NCBI GenBank assembly: GCA_977862235.1
Contig: OZ374561.1
Location: 1,612,001-1,676,000, forward strand
Direction: 5' to 3'
From: Dudresnaya verticillata
Lineage: Eukaryota
Length of the DNA stretch: 64,000 bases
Shown here piece by piece: positions 12,072-25,446 of the stretch (the first letter of the stretch is position 1; each line of letters opens with the position of its first letter). A model generated the notes under the pieces. The model was not told the DNA's origin and did not search any database. It saw only the letters and a program-made list of their open reading frames with translations. The position numbers and the translations under genes are program-made.

Positions 12072-15023
12072 CTACGACGATTCCAACTTGTGCAAATCCC
12101 ATGCAAAGAACCCCACCAGCCCACTCAGCGTCTCTGGCGCTTGCTCTTGGCCTGTGAAACTATACGGATACTTCCGGGACTCACATCCAGGTAACGCGCT
12201 GAATCAGTGAAGAGAGACGAGATGTTCTCCTTCCCTCGCAACCTTCGACAACCACACTCCGTGAAGAGTCTCAGTTATTTTGGAACTCTCAGCATTTCGT
12301 TTCACAGATGCTCTTCCGACTTTATCTCCGTCTTGAAGCAGGACTACCTTCGAAGCACCCCGCAGAGGATCAGATTCTGAGCCTTCCGGACTAGTTCGTT
12401 TCTGTTTGGCGGGTTGTTGGTCTGTTACAGTTGACGTTATCACATTCTCCTCATTCCGTACTACTTTCCGTCTCTTCTCAGTGGAATCAGTATCGGTAGT
12501 CGTTTCGCGGTGTTGCCGTTTGACGACAGTGAGTGTGGAAGAGCGCTGCTTTTCATTACACACATCGACTGCGATTTTCTTCAAACGATCATATGCCAGT
12601 CTGAATGTTGCGGGGTTCTGCTCGATGCCCACAGTCGGACGCCCCGTTCTCAAACCCGCAATACAAGTGGTCAGGGTACCTCCGTAGGCATCCAAAACGC
12701 GTCCACCATCAGGACAGAAAGTTGGCATGACCTCCATTAGAGCCAAAACGTTCTTCTCCTCTACCAGAACAGGCGATTTGGTCCCTGGCTTCAGCAGCTT
12801 TTGTCTCGATACTGGAACACTTGAGAAGGTTGCAAACTTTCGCCGATCTTTGCTTCCCAAGAAGTGAAGTGGACTGGAGAGGTCAGGCTTGAATTTTTCC
12901 CCACACGTTCCCCGTCGGCGACCAAACGCGGCTATTTCCGTAGCATTCTGTGGGTAGTCATTACGATGTCCCTGCAATGTCCTGGTATCTTTGCAAACGG
13001 TGAAGGGATATTCCGGGCAGTCGAACCCAGCATCAACCAGAGCACGTTGATACTTTGCGAAGTTAATGAAACTGCAGAAGATGAAAACCCAGTGACCAGG
13101 TTTAACGACCCTTCGATAGAATTCGATGAATTACTTAATCTCTCCATCGCTGATATAATTGTCGTAAGCTGTACCAGAATTCGAACGACTAGGCGGTATT
13201 CCATACGGAGGGTCCGTCAGTACGAGGTCGAACAGTGGGCTCGAATCGTTTCGAACGGACTGGTCATACGTCTGCCACCTCATGTGGTGGCAACTGATCC
13301 TCATTGAATTCAGTGCATCGACTTCTTCAGTACCTGATGTTTCGAGCTTTTCAGACTGTATGGTAGACGCGGACGATCGTGTATGTTTTGCATTCCCTTC
13401 CAGATGGCCATTCGTTTCCTCCCCGGTGTCTCCAGCATGGCTATTGGCGGTCCCATTCTCCTTTTCATGTGTTGTGCCACAGTTGCCATCCTCATGTGGT
13501 GATTCTTGCTCGTTTTCCTGCGGTTCTGAAGGAGTTGTTCCGGAACCAGTAGTACTATCAACACATCCCGCGGCGACAGACTTGCAATTCTGTTTATCAA
13601 CAGGTGCCCCAGGTTTTGGTGAAGGAGTGGAATCTCCACAATCATTGCGCTCGGCACTATCACAGTGCAAGTGCGACCCTTCCAGAGAGGCATTATCTTG
13701 ACACTGTCCTGAACTATGTGTTGTCTTCTTTTCGCCAATGCTCTTCAGCAAGTCGGCGTGCTTCTTCTCCTTAACAGCAGCTTACTGGGGACAGACATCC
13801 CTGTACAATTCCAGTATAGATGCCATAATGTCCTTGCCATTTCCTATATTCTCCGCAACCTCATCATCCATCTTCTGTGTGTTGAGAAGGTTCGAGCGAA
13901 GCACCTGCATGGACTCTGGCCACTCGTGACTTTCCCGGAGAGCTTCAAACTTACGAACCTCGCGAAGAGCGGCGGTGGCCTTCTGAAACTGTTCCACAGT
14001 GTACTGGTAAGACAGCGGTTTGAAGTTGTGTAAACGGTGCAATTCTCTCAGACGGTATAAAGTCGCAATCTGTGCTTGTACACCATCCGGTGCTTTCGAA
14101 GCGTTCATGAACACTGTTGCGGACTTGAGAGATGTTATATTGATGAACGTGCGGTACACTCGACAGTCCACACTCTTATTGATGTCCTTGTGATCCACAG
14201 TTGTAGTTCTAATCGACACCAAATCATCCCTCTCCTCGTTTATAATGTCTCCGATTGTGTTAATCACTGCGCGGTCAAGTCTAAGGACAGTCTGGGCAGT
14301 CTGTTTAACAGTATTGTCCCTGAAATGGTTGCATCCGTCATAGGCTTCAGCAATCCTAGTGGTATTCGGACGTTTTCCGCCATTCCCCGCTGTGAGACGA
14401 TCTGCCTCCTCTCTCAGGCCTCGAAGAGTATCGAAGAAGGTAGTCTCGATGTAGAATGAAGAATAGTGCTTGTCGTTCTGGTGACGAGCCAATTGTCGAA
14501 GTGACTGCAATTCATGGCTCCCTCTCAGAACAGTAACAGGCCATGAGAAAGATTTCCACGTCTCGTAATCCTCCTCCCGGAGTTCTGTGATAGCTATAAG
14601 TCTGTGTATCCCGTCCACTACTCCATACGATTTCGCTCGATTGTTTGACATTTCCACGGATTCTTTTTGCGAGTATGACGTTCCGTCTTTCTTCAACTTT
14701 TGTTGGAAGTGCTCAATTACCAAAGATCGAAAGGACCCAGACATTTCAATTACAATGGGAGCGTCAGAACCTGCAACATATCCAATTGCACTGGCTCGAG
14801 GATCGTGGAGGTCCTTGAGCGACACATCAAAGCGCGCCTTCAAACGCTCCACTCCAGACCTCACAATAGGACGAATGGCCGTCAATGGAATACAGGAAGC
14901 GGGGTCCACTCTTGTGTTGACGGAACCATCTATTAAGTCGGCGAATAGAGCTTTTTCGGTCTGTGTCGATCGAGGAATGTGTTTAGGTCAAGCACCTCTC
15001 GACTTTCGCTTCCCACCACCCAT
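12072..15023 (-). pseudogene. ParB-like domain fused to a beta-class N6-adenine/N4-cytosine DNA methyltransferase (~980 codons, in-frame stops)
   Basis: Track ORFs 13782-14909, 13131-13751 and 12204-12977 share one frame and are separated only by stop codons. ParB signature YGVVDGIHRL; MTase catalytic motif DLVLTDPPYG precedes the SAM-binding-like motif RVLDAYGGTLTT..GRPTVGIE. In-frame ATG at 15023 (MGGGKRKSRG). Confidence 0.85.
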
Positions 15024-15614
15024 TCCGAATATGAAGGTGAATAGCTAGATGGCACTGAAGGATAGTAGAGCGAAGTCAAGAACTTAGTCAAACCCCGGAA
15101 GGGGCGTGCAAGGTGGCAAGTGAGCTTTCCCGCGTTGACCGCACAGACTACCGCTATAGTCTAAGCCTTGGAGACAGGCATCACACTATATATCGTATCG
15201 AGATCCTGTTTGCTTTCTTTCAACGACGGAATAAAGATACGTGTCTTTACGTCATGTAACTGCCCTGGGGACGACCGTACAGTTTGAGTGCAACCGAAAC
15301 AGTGGCGGACGGGAGATTCTGATTCTCGTCAATCAAATTTGGGTGGACAACAACGTGTGCTAATACGCGTGCCAAGTAATACGTGGGAAATCCGAATCCC
15401 AGGTTCATGTGATGAGTTAGGTCTCTCTTCCATATACATTGTAAAGAGAAGCGGGAACATTATATCCTGTAAGACATCTCTCACGACAGTTTTACCGCAC
15501 GAAGCAATAATGAATACCGAAGCCCGCCGACCGTGATATTGAGATGACTACTGCAACAGGAAGCGCCCCTCATCGAGTCTTGAAAGTAGCTCACGCTCAG
15601 TTACTCAGGACTGC

Positions 15615-16241
15615 ATGCCATTGAACTTGAATCGTGCATGGCACATGAATGGTACTATCGAAAAGAACAGAATGGAGCACAGAAACCCGGCTGCACACCG
15701 TCAATGTCTGACAGAGCTGCAGGACGTAACATTTGATATGGTGGAAGTGGGCCAGAAAATGGAGTCCCTGAATGTAGCCGACTTGTGCAAGGACGGGGAG
15801 TGTGCGACGGACATCGTGAAACGGATCGGAGTGGCAAGATTGGAGAGTATATTGATATACTTCAGCAGCGCAGGGAAGGAAATAATCGGTCTAGAAACTC
15901 TGGGCATCAAGCTCTTTGACAGGTCAGTCTTCAAGCGTTTCATGGCGAATGTAATAGGGAAAGAAAGGCAATACATTGTGGCAGGGCGCGGGCAAGATTT
16001 CGAATTGTGTAACTTCCTCAAGGATGCAAGGGAGAGAGGAATGCAGAAGCTGCGTGAGATGGCTCCCAACCCTCTGCTTATAGACATGGATAACTTGTCA
16101 GCACGAGAACGTCGGCAGGATGAGACAGCATCTCACAAATTCCATGAAGAGAAGCGCAGAATCTCAAGGATGAACATTTTCAACATTCCTCCACCAGGTA
16201 CTCTCATTGATTGGGATTCGCCGCGTCCGCTAAAAGAATAA
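15615..16241 (+). CDS. Hypothetical protein (208 aa), divergent from the methyltransferase
   Basis: Uninterrupted ORF with protein-like composition; no family recognised. Confidence 0.45.
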   Translation: MPLNLNRAWHMNGTIEKNRMEHRNPAAHRQCLTELQDVTFDMVEVGQKMESLNVADLCKDGECATDIVKRIGVARLESILIYFSSAGKEIIGLETLGIKLFDRSVFKRFMANVIGKERQYIVAGRGQDFELCNFLKDARERGMQKLREMAPNPLLIDMDNLSARERRQDETASHKFHEEKRRISRMNIFNIPPPGTLIDWDSPRPLKE

Positions 16242-16423
16242 CAACTACGCACCAAAAATGGTTTGCATGCTAACGATTCCCGACGTTGCAGCGGTGTCGC
16301 AATAGGGAAAAGATGTGCAGAGTTGGTGTAAACGAGGTCAACTAAACTTCAGAATGGTGCCCGGTGCCGTCTATAAAAGGGAGTGGTACAGTGTCGGTTT
16401 GAGGGTTGGTGGAGACGACTTAG

Positions 16424-16693
16424 ATGGAGAGTTGCGATGAAGCACCGGAAGCGTTGGTGCTGGAGGTGCGGAGACTGCGCGCCGAGCTAGAAGAAGCTCA
16501 GGCGCGAGCCAGGCGTCATACCAGTGACGCCATATGGCTTCGTCTGGACTTGGTGGGGCGGGCACGGGTCATGATTGCGGATTCTGTCGCAGTTGGGGAG
16601 GCGGTGAAGGTGGTGCTGGAGGGAATACTAGTTTTCTTAGGGTGGTGAGCGGTGGAGATCGATGAAGAAGACCCGGAGTCTGAAGCGGACTGA
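16424..16693 (+). CDS. Small coiled-coil protein with acidic tail (one internal TGA)
   Basis: TATAAAAG about 50 bp upstream (16372); LVLEVRRLRAELEEAQARA; the frame continues past TGA as AVEIDEEDPESEAD. Confidence 0.4.
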
Positions 16694-17729
16694 GGCTTAG
16701 GGTAAATGTAGTTGAGGAGTGTTAGTTACAGATAAAGTGAGTACGGGAGCGGTTGTGTATGTTTATCATGCTGAGGCGCTTGAAGAGGGGAACGGGCGCA
16801 AGTAAGGAATTATGGTGTGGACTACTACGGGAGACGGCTTTGAGTGCACTTTCGAAGTTGGTTCAAGTGCATGACTAGAAATGGGCGTTTGTGGTTTTGA
16901 CCGGGGTGTCTGGCGAGCTGCAGCTCGTTACATGTGTAGGGAACTGCACGGGTGAATTACGAGGTATCCGGAGCGGGGAACGAGGTCTAACGTATTACCA
17001 CGGCGAATTCACGGCAATGTGGGACAAAATTCAGTACCGGAGCCCAGTCCAAACCACATGGAGTAGGTCGACGGAGAGGACGGTATACACTGGGAAGAGC
17101 GCTACATGAATACAGTTGCACTGTGCAGCACATGCTGTAACGTTGGTGAAACAGGGATTACAATACCTGGGTGGGATTTTTGGTTGTCTCGAAGGACAAC
17201 GAGCCGATGTGTCGGTGAGAGGGAGAGTGTAACGGGCGAGTGCGAATGCGCAGAGCAAGTCCTGACGCGTAGGGAAGAGCAGAGAGTGCATAGCAGTAGA
17301 GAGTGTAGCGTGCAGTTGCCGGGTGACGAATGCCAGAAGTTGCACCAGAGTGAGTCCTGGAAGGGAATTCATGGCAGTGCTGCAGTACTCTGCATCTCAT
17401 GGGGAGAGCGGCATTGAACTGAAGAGTAGTTCTGCACTGCTGGGGCAGCGAATACTGCGCGGTGAGGGTCCCATGGAAGTAGCCTAGGTTACCTCGAAAT
17501 CCTACTTGAAAAAGCTCAGAAATTACACCAAAATTAATTATTTCAGACTCGCTGCCGGGTTAGCATGCCAACCAACATAACTCGCGAACTACTACTTAGT
17601 TCTCGTTTGCACCAGCGTCCTCAGGGGACGCTCCCCTTTCCAACGCATGTACTTTTGAAGGGTTTTATTTCAGTCTGTTTTTGAAAGTACATTCTGAAAC
17701 GCGGGAAACCACTATTCTCTGTTGACAAT

Positions 17730-20700
17730 ATGACTCAAGTACTTTCAGTTCTGGACACGGGCGCAGGCCCCAATCTCATCAGAGCTGACGTGCTCTCTTT
17801 GGACGACCGGAAGAAGGTTTCCTCGACCCAGTCGATCGTCAACCTCACCTCGGCATCAAGCCACCGCTTACCAACATTAGGAATAATCTCCCTCGCCGTC
17901 GGGATTGGAATCTACACGGTCCGTCAACCCTTCGTCGTGGTTTCGGCGCTAGCCGTCGATATGATTCTAGGATGCACCTATATCGATAGCCACGTCGAAC
18001 AGCTTCGAGTTCGTAAGCAACACGTAGTCTTACGTGACGGTTCGGTACATCCCATTCTACGACGACGATGCGGAATCCCGAGAGCCACACGCTCTGGCGA
18101 AAACCATGGAGGCCCCTCCACTAACTACTTCGCGCCTCGTACGAGTTGCTCAAACAACTAACTTACAGCCCGGTTCTGAAACCTGGGTCGTGGTATCCTG
18201 CAACGCAAACGGCACACACTTCTTGGATTCCTTCCAACGTCTTTACGGCCTTCAGCAAGTGGTCGTTACGAATGGAATCGTCAAGATACAAGAGAACGTT
18301 CTCTTCCGTGTTAAGATCGCTAACTTCTCTCCCCGCGTGCAACGGTTAACCAAGAACCAAGTCATTGGTCGCGCCGTTCCCGCTCCTACGACCACGCCGG
18401 TTTATACTCTTTCCATCGCCGATGTCCCTGCCAATACGGACCCGAAGCCACAGGATTTGAGTCCTCCTGCCGATACATCGTTCGATGTAGGGGGAAGGGC
18501 TAGCTGCTGCTCTTGGCGCGGCCAACTCCAAAGTAGGTGTCAAAACCGCCACTGAGAAGCTCACAGTCCACGACTTGGAATTAGAACACCTATCCCCGTC
18601 TGACAGACACCGCGTTCGCAAAATGTTGCGTCCTTTTGCCGACATGTGGAATGGGAAATTAGAGACCATCAAGGTCACGGAGAATCGCATTGAGCTCACA
18701 GAAGGTTCCAAGCCTGTATTCGCATAACCCTATCATTTAGGGCCGAAAGCGCGACAAGCGGAGCAGGACGAGGTCGATAAGATGCTAAAGGAAGGAGTCA
18801 TAGAGACAGCACGCTCTGAATTCGCAAGTCCAGTGGTACTGGTTAAGAAGCCTGACGGATCGCTCCAGTTCTGTGTCGACTACAGCAAACTGAACGCGAT
18901 TACAATCAAGAATTCTTATCCTCTACCGCGCATGGATGAGTGATTGGACTCGTTGGGTGACGCTCAGTATTTCACCACCCTCGATTGCAATTCGGGCTAC
19001 TGGCAAATACCAGTGGCGGCTGAAGATAAGCCCAAGACAGCGTTCACCTGTCATGCTGGTTGCTTTCAGTTCTGCCGAATGCCATTCGGATTGTGCAACG
19101 CACCTGCGACGTTTCAATGAACGGCTAATATCCTATTGTCGGATACCATATAGAAAGCCAGTCTCGTCTATTTGGATGACATCATAGTCTTTTCCAAGAG
19201 TGTCGACGAACACATAGGCCACGTTCAAGAGATACTCTCTGTATTGAAGCAAGCAGGCGTATCGCTTAAGCTCAAGAAATGTAATTTCTTTACAAAGAGT
19301 GTGGTAGTCCACCTCGGAATGTGATCCGACCAGGGCTACTAGAGGTGGCTACCAAAAATACCCAAGCTATCAAAGGTCTCAAGGAGCCTACGACTCAGAC
19401 ACAACTAAGGTCGTTTATTGGATTGCGTAACGTCTATAGACGCTTCGTACCGAATTTCGCTAGGGCCGCGTCTCCTCTTAATAGGCTTCTACAGAAGGAT
19501 GTTGGGTTCAACTTACCCCCGTTTGATGAACGGCAACGCGAAGCCTTCGCCCTGTTGAAGAAGGCCCTCATAGCACCACCGATCCTCGGACTCCCTAAGG
19601 AAGATAGACCTCTCTCGGTAGATACCGACACGTGTGATTATCAGATAGGGTGTGCTCTTATGCAGATGGAGCCAGATGGTACACGCCACCCGATCGGTTT
19701 CTGGAGCCGAGGCCTTACCCAGGCTGAACGGAATTATTCCGTTGTAGAAAAGGAGTGTCTCACTGTAGTCTGGGCCACACAAATTCTCAGACCTATTTGG
19801 AAAGGTCGCATTTTGACCTCTATGCCGACCACCAAGCGCTCAAGTGGATGATGAGTATGACTGACGCATCAGGTCGTCTAGCGCGCTGGCGCTTGCGACT
19901 CTTGGAGTATGACTTCACGGTTCAATACCGTAAGGGAAATAAGAACCAGATAGCGGATGCCGTCTCGCGACTGCCCACTCATGGATTCACCAGTTGGGAA
20001 CCGGATCTAGAGATCCCTTGCTTCATTATCGCCGACAGCGAGCGCGAGGGCTTTCCCGATCGTCCTTCCGAAGGAAATGCGAGAGCCGACACCGAGCCGC
20101 GACCTTTGGAGGTTTGGGAAGTCGAACCCGAGGACCAATTAGTCGAGTTTGAATTCGAGGATGAGCAGTTGATAGCCACTGTGGCTGAATAGGAAGTGGA
20201 CGAGAAGAGTCCATCTCTGATTACGGTGGAAGAAATACTTCGCACGCAATTGACAGATCCATTCTGCAAGGGTATTACGCTTGCCATCGAAACTGGAAAG
20301 CCAGGCTGTTACCTCGAAGACGAAAGGGGACTTTTAGTCCGACTGTCTTACATCGACAAAACCTTGCAGGTAGTGATACCTCGGGTCCTTCAAGAACGGG
20401 TTCTACATCTGGCGCACTATCCCGAGATGGCAGGCCATCCCGGTGGCACCAGAATGTATCATAACTTGCGCCGACAGATGTATTGGCCTGGTATGGCTCT
20501 CGCAGTATACGCGACCGTTCGAAATTGTGTCAAATGCGCTCGGGAACGAGTCCAATTACGACAAAATGCTTCGAAGATGAAGCTGTTCCCGGTTACGATG
20601 CCGTTAGAGTTCGTGGGGATTGACATCCTAGGACCGCTACTCCGATCGAGCAAAGGTAACGAGTACGTTCTCGTAATAGCCGATCGCTTCTCAAAGCTCA

Positions 20701-22034
20701 CCAGGGCTATCCCATTGAAAACGGTAACGGCTTATACCGTGGAAAGAGCGTTCTATGAACATTGGGTATACACTTACGGGCCTCCCCGCTATGCTTTGTC
20801 GGACAGCGGTCCGCAGTTCGCATCGAAGTTTTTCACAGCCGTCTGTGATATACTTCGGATCATGAATCTGTTCATGTCTACTTACCATCCACAGACGAAT
20901 GGATAGACCTAGAGGTTTAATAGACCCTCGTTGGCTGGGCTGAGACACTTCATCTCCGATGACCAGAAGGATTGGGATGAATTCACGTCGGCTTTGACGT
21001 AGGCGTATAACACGACTGTTCACCGCGCGACGGGTCTGGCGCCCGTTGATTTGGTTTTATCTAACCCTCCAACGTCCATTCTAATGGAAAAAGCCGAGAC
21101 CGTAGACGTTGAAAACGTTCCAGCAACTAACGTGAAGAAACTGCTGACTACCCGGCTCGAAAAGCTGATGAATACAGCGTTACCACGCCTGCGAATGGCC
21201 CAACGACGATATGAAGTTAACTTCAACAATCGTATGCATCTGACTAACCAGAACGTACGCCCAGGCCAATGGGTATTTCTAGAGAGAGCAACAAAGATGA
21301 AAGACGCCAAAGGCGTGGCTGGAGAAGGGAAATTGTTTCCAAAAGACCTAGGGCCCTTCAAGGTGCTCGAACGAGGAACACACACCGTCGTGCTACAAAA
21401 AGCTGGTGAAAAAGAGTTGGCCTCTCTGAATAGTGTAACACTGGCCCCATCACCAAACGATGAGCTCGGCGCTCTTGGGCAAGAGCCCCCTATCGTGGAA
21501 TCTGGGCCGGACCACGGGGAACCAGTAGACCCACCCTTGACGGCAACGCCCCCGAATACCAGCGATGTTGAAAGAGCGCCGGCTCATCCCGACGGTGAGT
21601 TGTTAGACACGATTGTTGAGGCCGCAGATGCGCCGACTGTCTCGCCTCCAAGGTGAGAGATCGATAATATCGATAACGACGCTAGCCCGGTTTCCATAAC
21701 CGCACCCGCTCGTGAGGTTCTCATACCGCCTGGATCAGGCGATCGCGCGGCAATGGTATCCAAGGGCAATACTCCTCCTCGGCCTGTTGACGAGCGAGCT
21801 GCTACAGAAGCCGACGAGACGGCTCCCCGCCGTAAGTTCTCAAGCTTCAAGAAAGCCCCCCCTCAGGAGTATGTTTATGAAAAGTTAGTCGGCTACGACG
21901 CAGAGTCGGAAATGTACAAGGTACGCTGGTACCAGTGTTCTGCCTCGCAGGATACGTGGGAACCACGACGGCATCTCCCGGATAACTTAGTCAAGCGGTA
22001 TCACCGTAAGACGGGAATTCCCCTTCCCGCCTAA
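17730..22034 (+). pseudogene. pol: Element C: Ty3/Gypsy pol (protease-RT-RNase H-integrase-chromodomain), degenerate, gag missing
   Basis: VLDTGAGPN protease; YLDD RT; DTCDYQIG and EKECL RNase H; GHPGG..CVKC, IDILGP and DSGPQF integrase; EYVYEKLVG..YKVRWY..DTWEP chromodomain; many stops and frameshifts. Confidence 0.95.
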
Positions 22035-22230
22035 CTACTGGTATACCAGTCTGTCTATTAGCCTGTGGTTATACGGAAACCCTGTTTCATGTGAGAAGCT
22101 CACCTAGTTATCAGTGGCCAATGTCAAGAGCGTATGTTTCTCCCCCTCACTCTGGATAAAAGGGGAGAGTGGGAGTGTAAGAAAAGACTGATGTCTTAGA
22201 GGAAGAAGCCCAAATGCGATGTATAATATG

Positions 22231-22372
22231 GAAGGTTCAAGACCTGTGGATAGATGAAATGGATAGATGAAAAAGAAGGTTCAAGACCTGTGGATAGATG
22301 AAATGGATAGATGAAATAGAAGGTTCAAGACACGTGGTTAGATGATATGGAAGGTTCAAGACCTTGGATAAG
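22231..22372 (+). repeat. Tandem repeat, 44-bp unit GAAGGTTCAAGACCTGTGGATAGATGAAATGGATAGATGAAAWA (2 full plus 2 partial copies)
   Basis: GAAGGTTCAAGAC at 22231, 22275, 22319 and 22350. Confidence 0.9.
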
Positions 22373-23176
22373 TTGTAGGAAATGTTGAAAACCATAGGGC
22401 ATGAGCTCTGGGAAATTGTCACAACGCGGAATAAGCAACCTCAGGCTTAGAGCCTCCACTGCGGTGGCGAAAGTGCATGCCCTAATAAAGTCGATCACGG
22501 GATAGCTGGCTCACTATGGGCGCTGTATCATCCACGATAATAATCGTCTCTAACAGGTGTCCTCGCACCAGAGCACGAATCGCCCATACAACCTCATGGC
22601 TCAGAAGCCATGACTCTTTTTGGAGGTCCCATGACCTATGAGTCCCCCGGCGCCGCTCGCCCCCGCGCTAAAAATTGAAGGAAGGAGGATAGGGTCGGGA
22701 AGAAGGGAGCGTGACTACTCCTCTCCATAGAAAGAGGGGTCTCACCCCGAATAAGCCCCGCTTGACCAGCAAGGTAGGTGCTGGCGCCAAATAGAGTTCA
22801 ACTCTACAGTATGAAACATCCTTACTGTAGAGTGACTCCTCCTGAGATGTCCGCCCCTCATTGGCTATTCCCAAGGAAGGAGGCGGATTGCACGACGAAT
22901 CAAAATTCGTGGAAGAAATATCCGCGGCACGGAGCCCCCACAGTGGCACCAGACTACAGTGGCTCCTCCAAGAACACGACGCGCACTTGCGTCATGATGC
23001 CGAGAGTACAAAGCGCTCAGTGAGCTAAGCTAATAACAGGTCGGCTCCAAGCCGGAGGTGATTCAACCAGAAGAATTACTTTACGTCAGCGGATCAACCG
23101 CTCTTGCCCAAGTAAGGCGGATTAAGGGGACGGGCGCCTAAGGCGCATGAGGGAGCAAGGGGATGAAGCAAACAAC

Positions 23177-25446
23177 TTAATCAGACAATAGGTCGATGAC
23201 CTCGTCCTCCTCAAGCGGAGGGCTAGGCTGCGGAGCCGAGTGGGATACCACTACGCGACGGACCTCACGCACAATGTGGCGCCCTCGACCAAGTCGACGA
23301 CTACCACGTTCGAGACGCGATGACATATTGTTATCACCACGGCTTCCAGTCGTCGGACGCTCGATTTCCATCGCGTCGACGCCCTGCGCAGTCGCGGAGA
23401 CGTCGGGCTCCACTTCGTCCTCTTCTTTGACGACTTCTTTGACGACTAATTCTGTTTTGACAACCACGTCGTCGTGGCCAGTGGGAGTCATCTCCTTGGA
23501 GGACGGAGCCGGTTCCGGAAGCCGAGTCAATGTGGGCCGTGGGCTCTCTGCCCCTGTCCCGTCGTTCTTCGACCCAGGATTCGGCGCGTGAGTGCTAACG
23601 GATAATTTGGCTTGAGAGCCAGTACGTGGGCAATCCTCACCGAGAAGCTCCCCCGAAGGGGCAAAGCCGGCTAAAGCAGTTGTAGGCCTTGGGGCCGCCA
23701 TAGTTGGGGCTGCAGGTACATCACCTGTAATCGTCCCGCCGGGCTTCGAAGCCGCCTCACCGCCCTTAGCCATCGTTGTGGCCGACTCCTCCCGTGGCAC
23801 CATAGCCATATCTTCGTTCGTATAAGCACGAGGGTCCAACGAGTTGACGCTCTGCGCTTCCTTCTTGACAGAAAGGGTCCCAACATGACCCACGCCACTT
23901 GGAGTAGCCTCGGCCTTTGCAGAACGACCACGAAATGGGGGGTTGGACTCGAAAAACGCCCGGAGACGTTCCATCTGATCCACAGGATTCGGGGTCCTTA
24001 TCCACTCGCACTCGTAGTCTACCATGACTTCCTCCACCCAGTCAGCAAGACTGTGGATGTTCAGGTGGCGAAACGCCCACTGGACAAAAAGGCGTATAGC
24101 CAACCCACGGCGGTTAAACACGTCCCGGATGACCTGATCCGCCTTAGCACAAGCTGACGCCGTTGGGGCATGGGGACCTTGAGCCTGACCGTCGACTGTG
24201 TTGTCGAACAGAGGAACGTCCTCCGGATTCTCGGTTCCTGGATCTCGCCACTTGGCGTTGACCCATCTGGCGGTGAAACCGGTCATACGAATACCTTCGT
24301 CTAAAACGAGAGGATTCTCCTCAGACGGCTCGGGTTGGACCATATACTCGGGCAACACAGGATGCCACTTGACTGGATCAAAGTCGACCCAGTCCCCGCG
24401 GTTGAAAACCGGTGTGAGAGAGGTCCTGTGTTTTCGGGAAGGTGCCGATTGCGCTCGGAGATCTGACTCCACTGAATACGCTCCACGAAGCACAAAAGGC
24501 CTTCCAAGTCCTTGGCATCGTCCGCACACAATCCAGCCGGACACAGAGCCCTAATTGCAAAACGAAGAGGTTGGGAAATGAAGAATAGCAGGCCACAGCG
24601 AGCTTCATAGACTAATGTCTGAGCCACGAGAACGATCCATTCGTGACGAAAGATGCTCCATAGCACGCTGTCGTCCATGGCCTTTGCCATCATCTCCAAG
24701 CCGAGATAAGCAATAATGGTTGGCACCCCTACCGGCATGGAATAAGAGACCTCAGAATTCGTATGGTCATCCGGGACCTGTGGGTACTTCCCATTATAGA
24801 ACTCCGGCTTGAGAGCCGATACCTCCTGACAATGGCAGGGCACTAGACAACCCGTCTTATGACGCTGACGCCGCTCGAAGCGAGTGTGTTCTAACGGCTT
24901 CGTCGTCTGGGGATTGTCCAGAGCATACTTCAAATTGGAAGACTCGTCCCACCGTACGACGCGGGCGAGGGTATATGGGACCTTATCCCTCCCGACCCGA
25001 ATAAGTGGTCGTTGGTGCATTACCATGCAGAGGTCCCAGTCGCCCCTTTGATGGATCTCTTCCAATATGGTGGCTTCCGACGCGAGCTTCCGAGCTATCG
25101 TGTTGCTCCAGGGCACTTCGTGCCGAAACCGGACATATGCGAGGTCCCACTGTAGGGAGCTGGCGTCGCCTTCGAGTCGAGGAAGGAACCAGTTCGTCCC
25201 CGTAAGAGTGCTCACCCTAGCCCGCATGAGGGTATTCCATACTCGGCTTTGAGCCACTCGGCTGCCGCGCCGGCGAATCTCTTCGCGACTGGCCCCCGCG
25301 CGCACCTTGAGGTGCGCAAGGTCGGTACGCAGGAGCCAGTCGCGGCTCTGGGAGACAGCCAACGGCACCCCAGCCGCATCCACTTCGTGGCCCAAAACAT
25401 TGGCACTCGAGCCAGCGGCCCCATAGGCCAAACGAGGCGGTGCCAT
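23177..25446 (-). pseudogene. Element C antisense ORF (homolog of the A and B antisense ORFs), one frameshift near 24420
   Basis: VPTIIAYL..WSIFRHEWIVLV aligns with PTPSLVAYF..WRIFRSEWAMLV (B) and PTPTVVAYF..GRILRAEWAMLV (A); low-complexity tail ending EEDEVIDLLSD. Confidence 0.75.

Noticed and set aside
22231..22372. CRISPR-like repeat array
   Set aside because: Inter-repeat sequences are identical or derived from each other rather than unique spacers; eukaryotic context with no cas genes.
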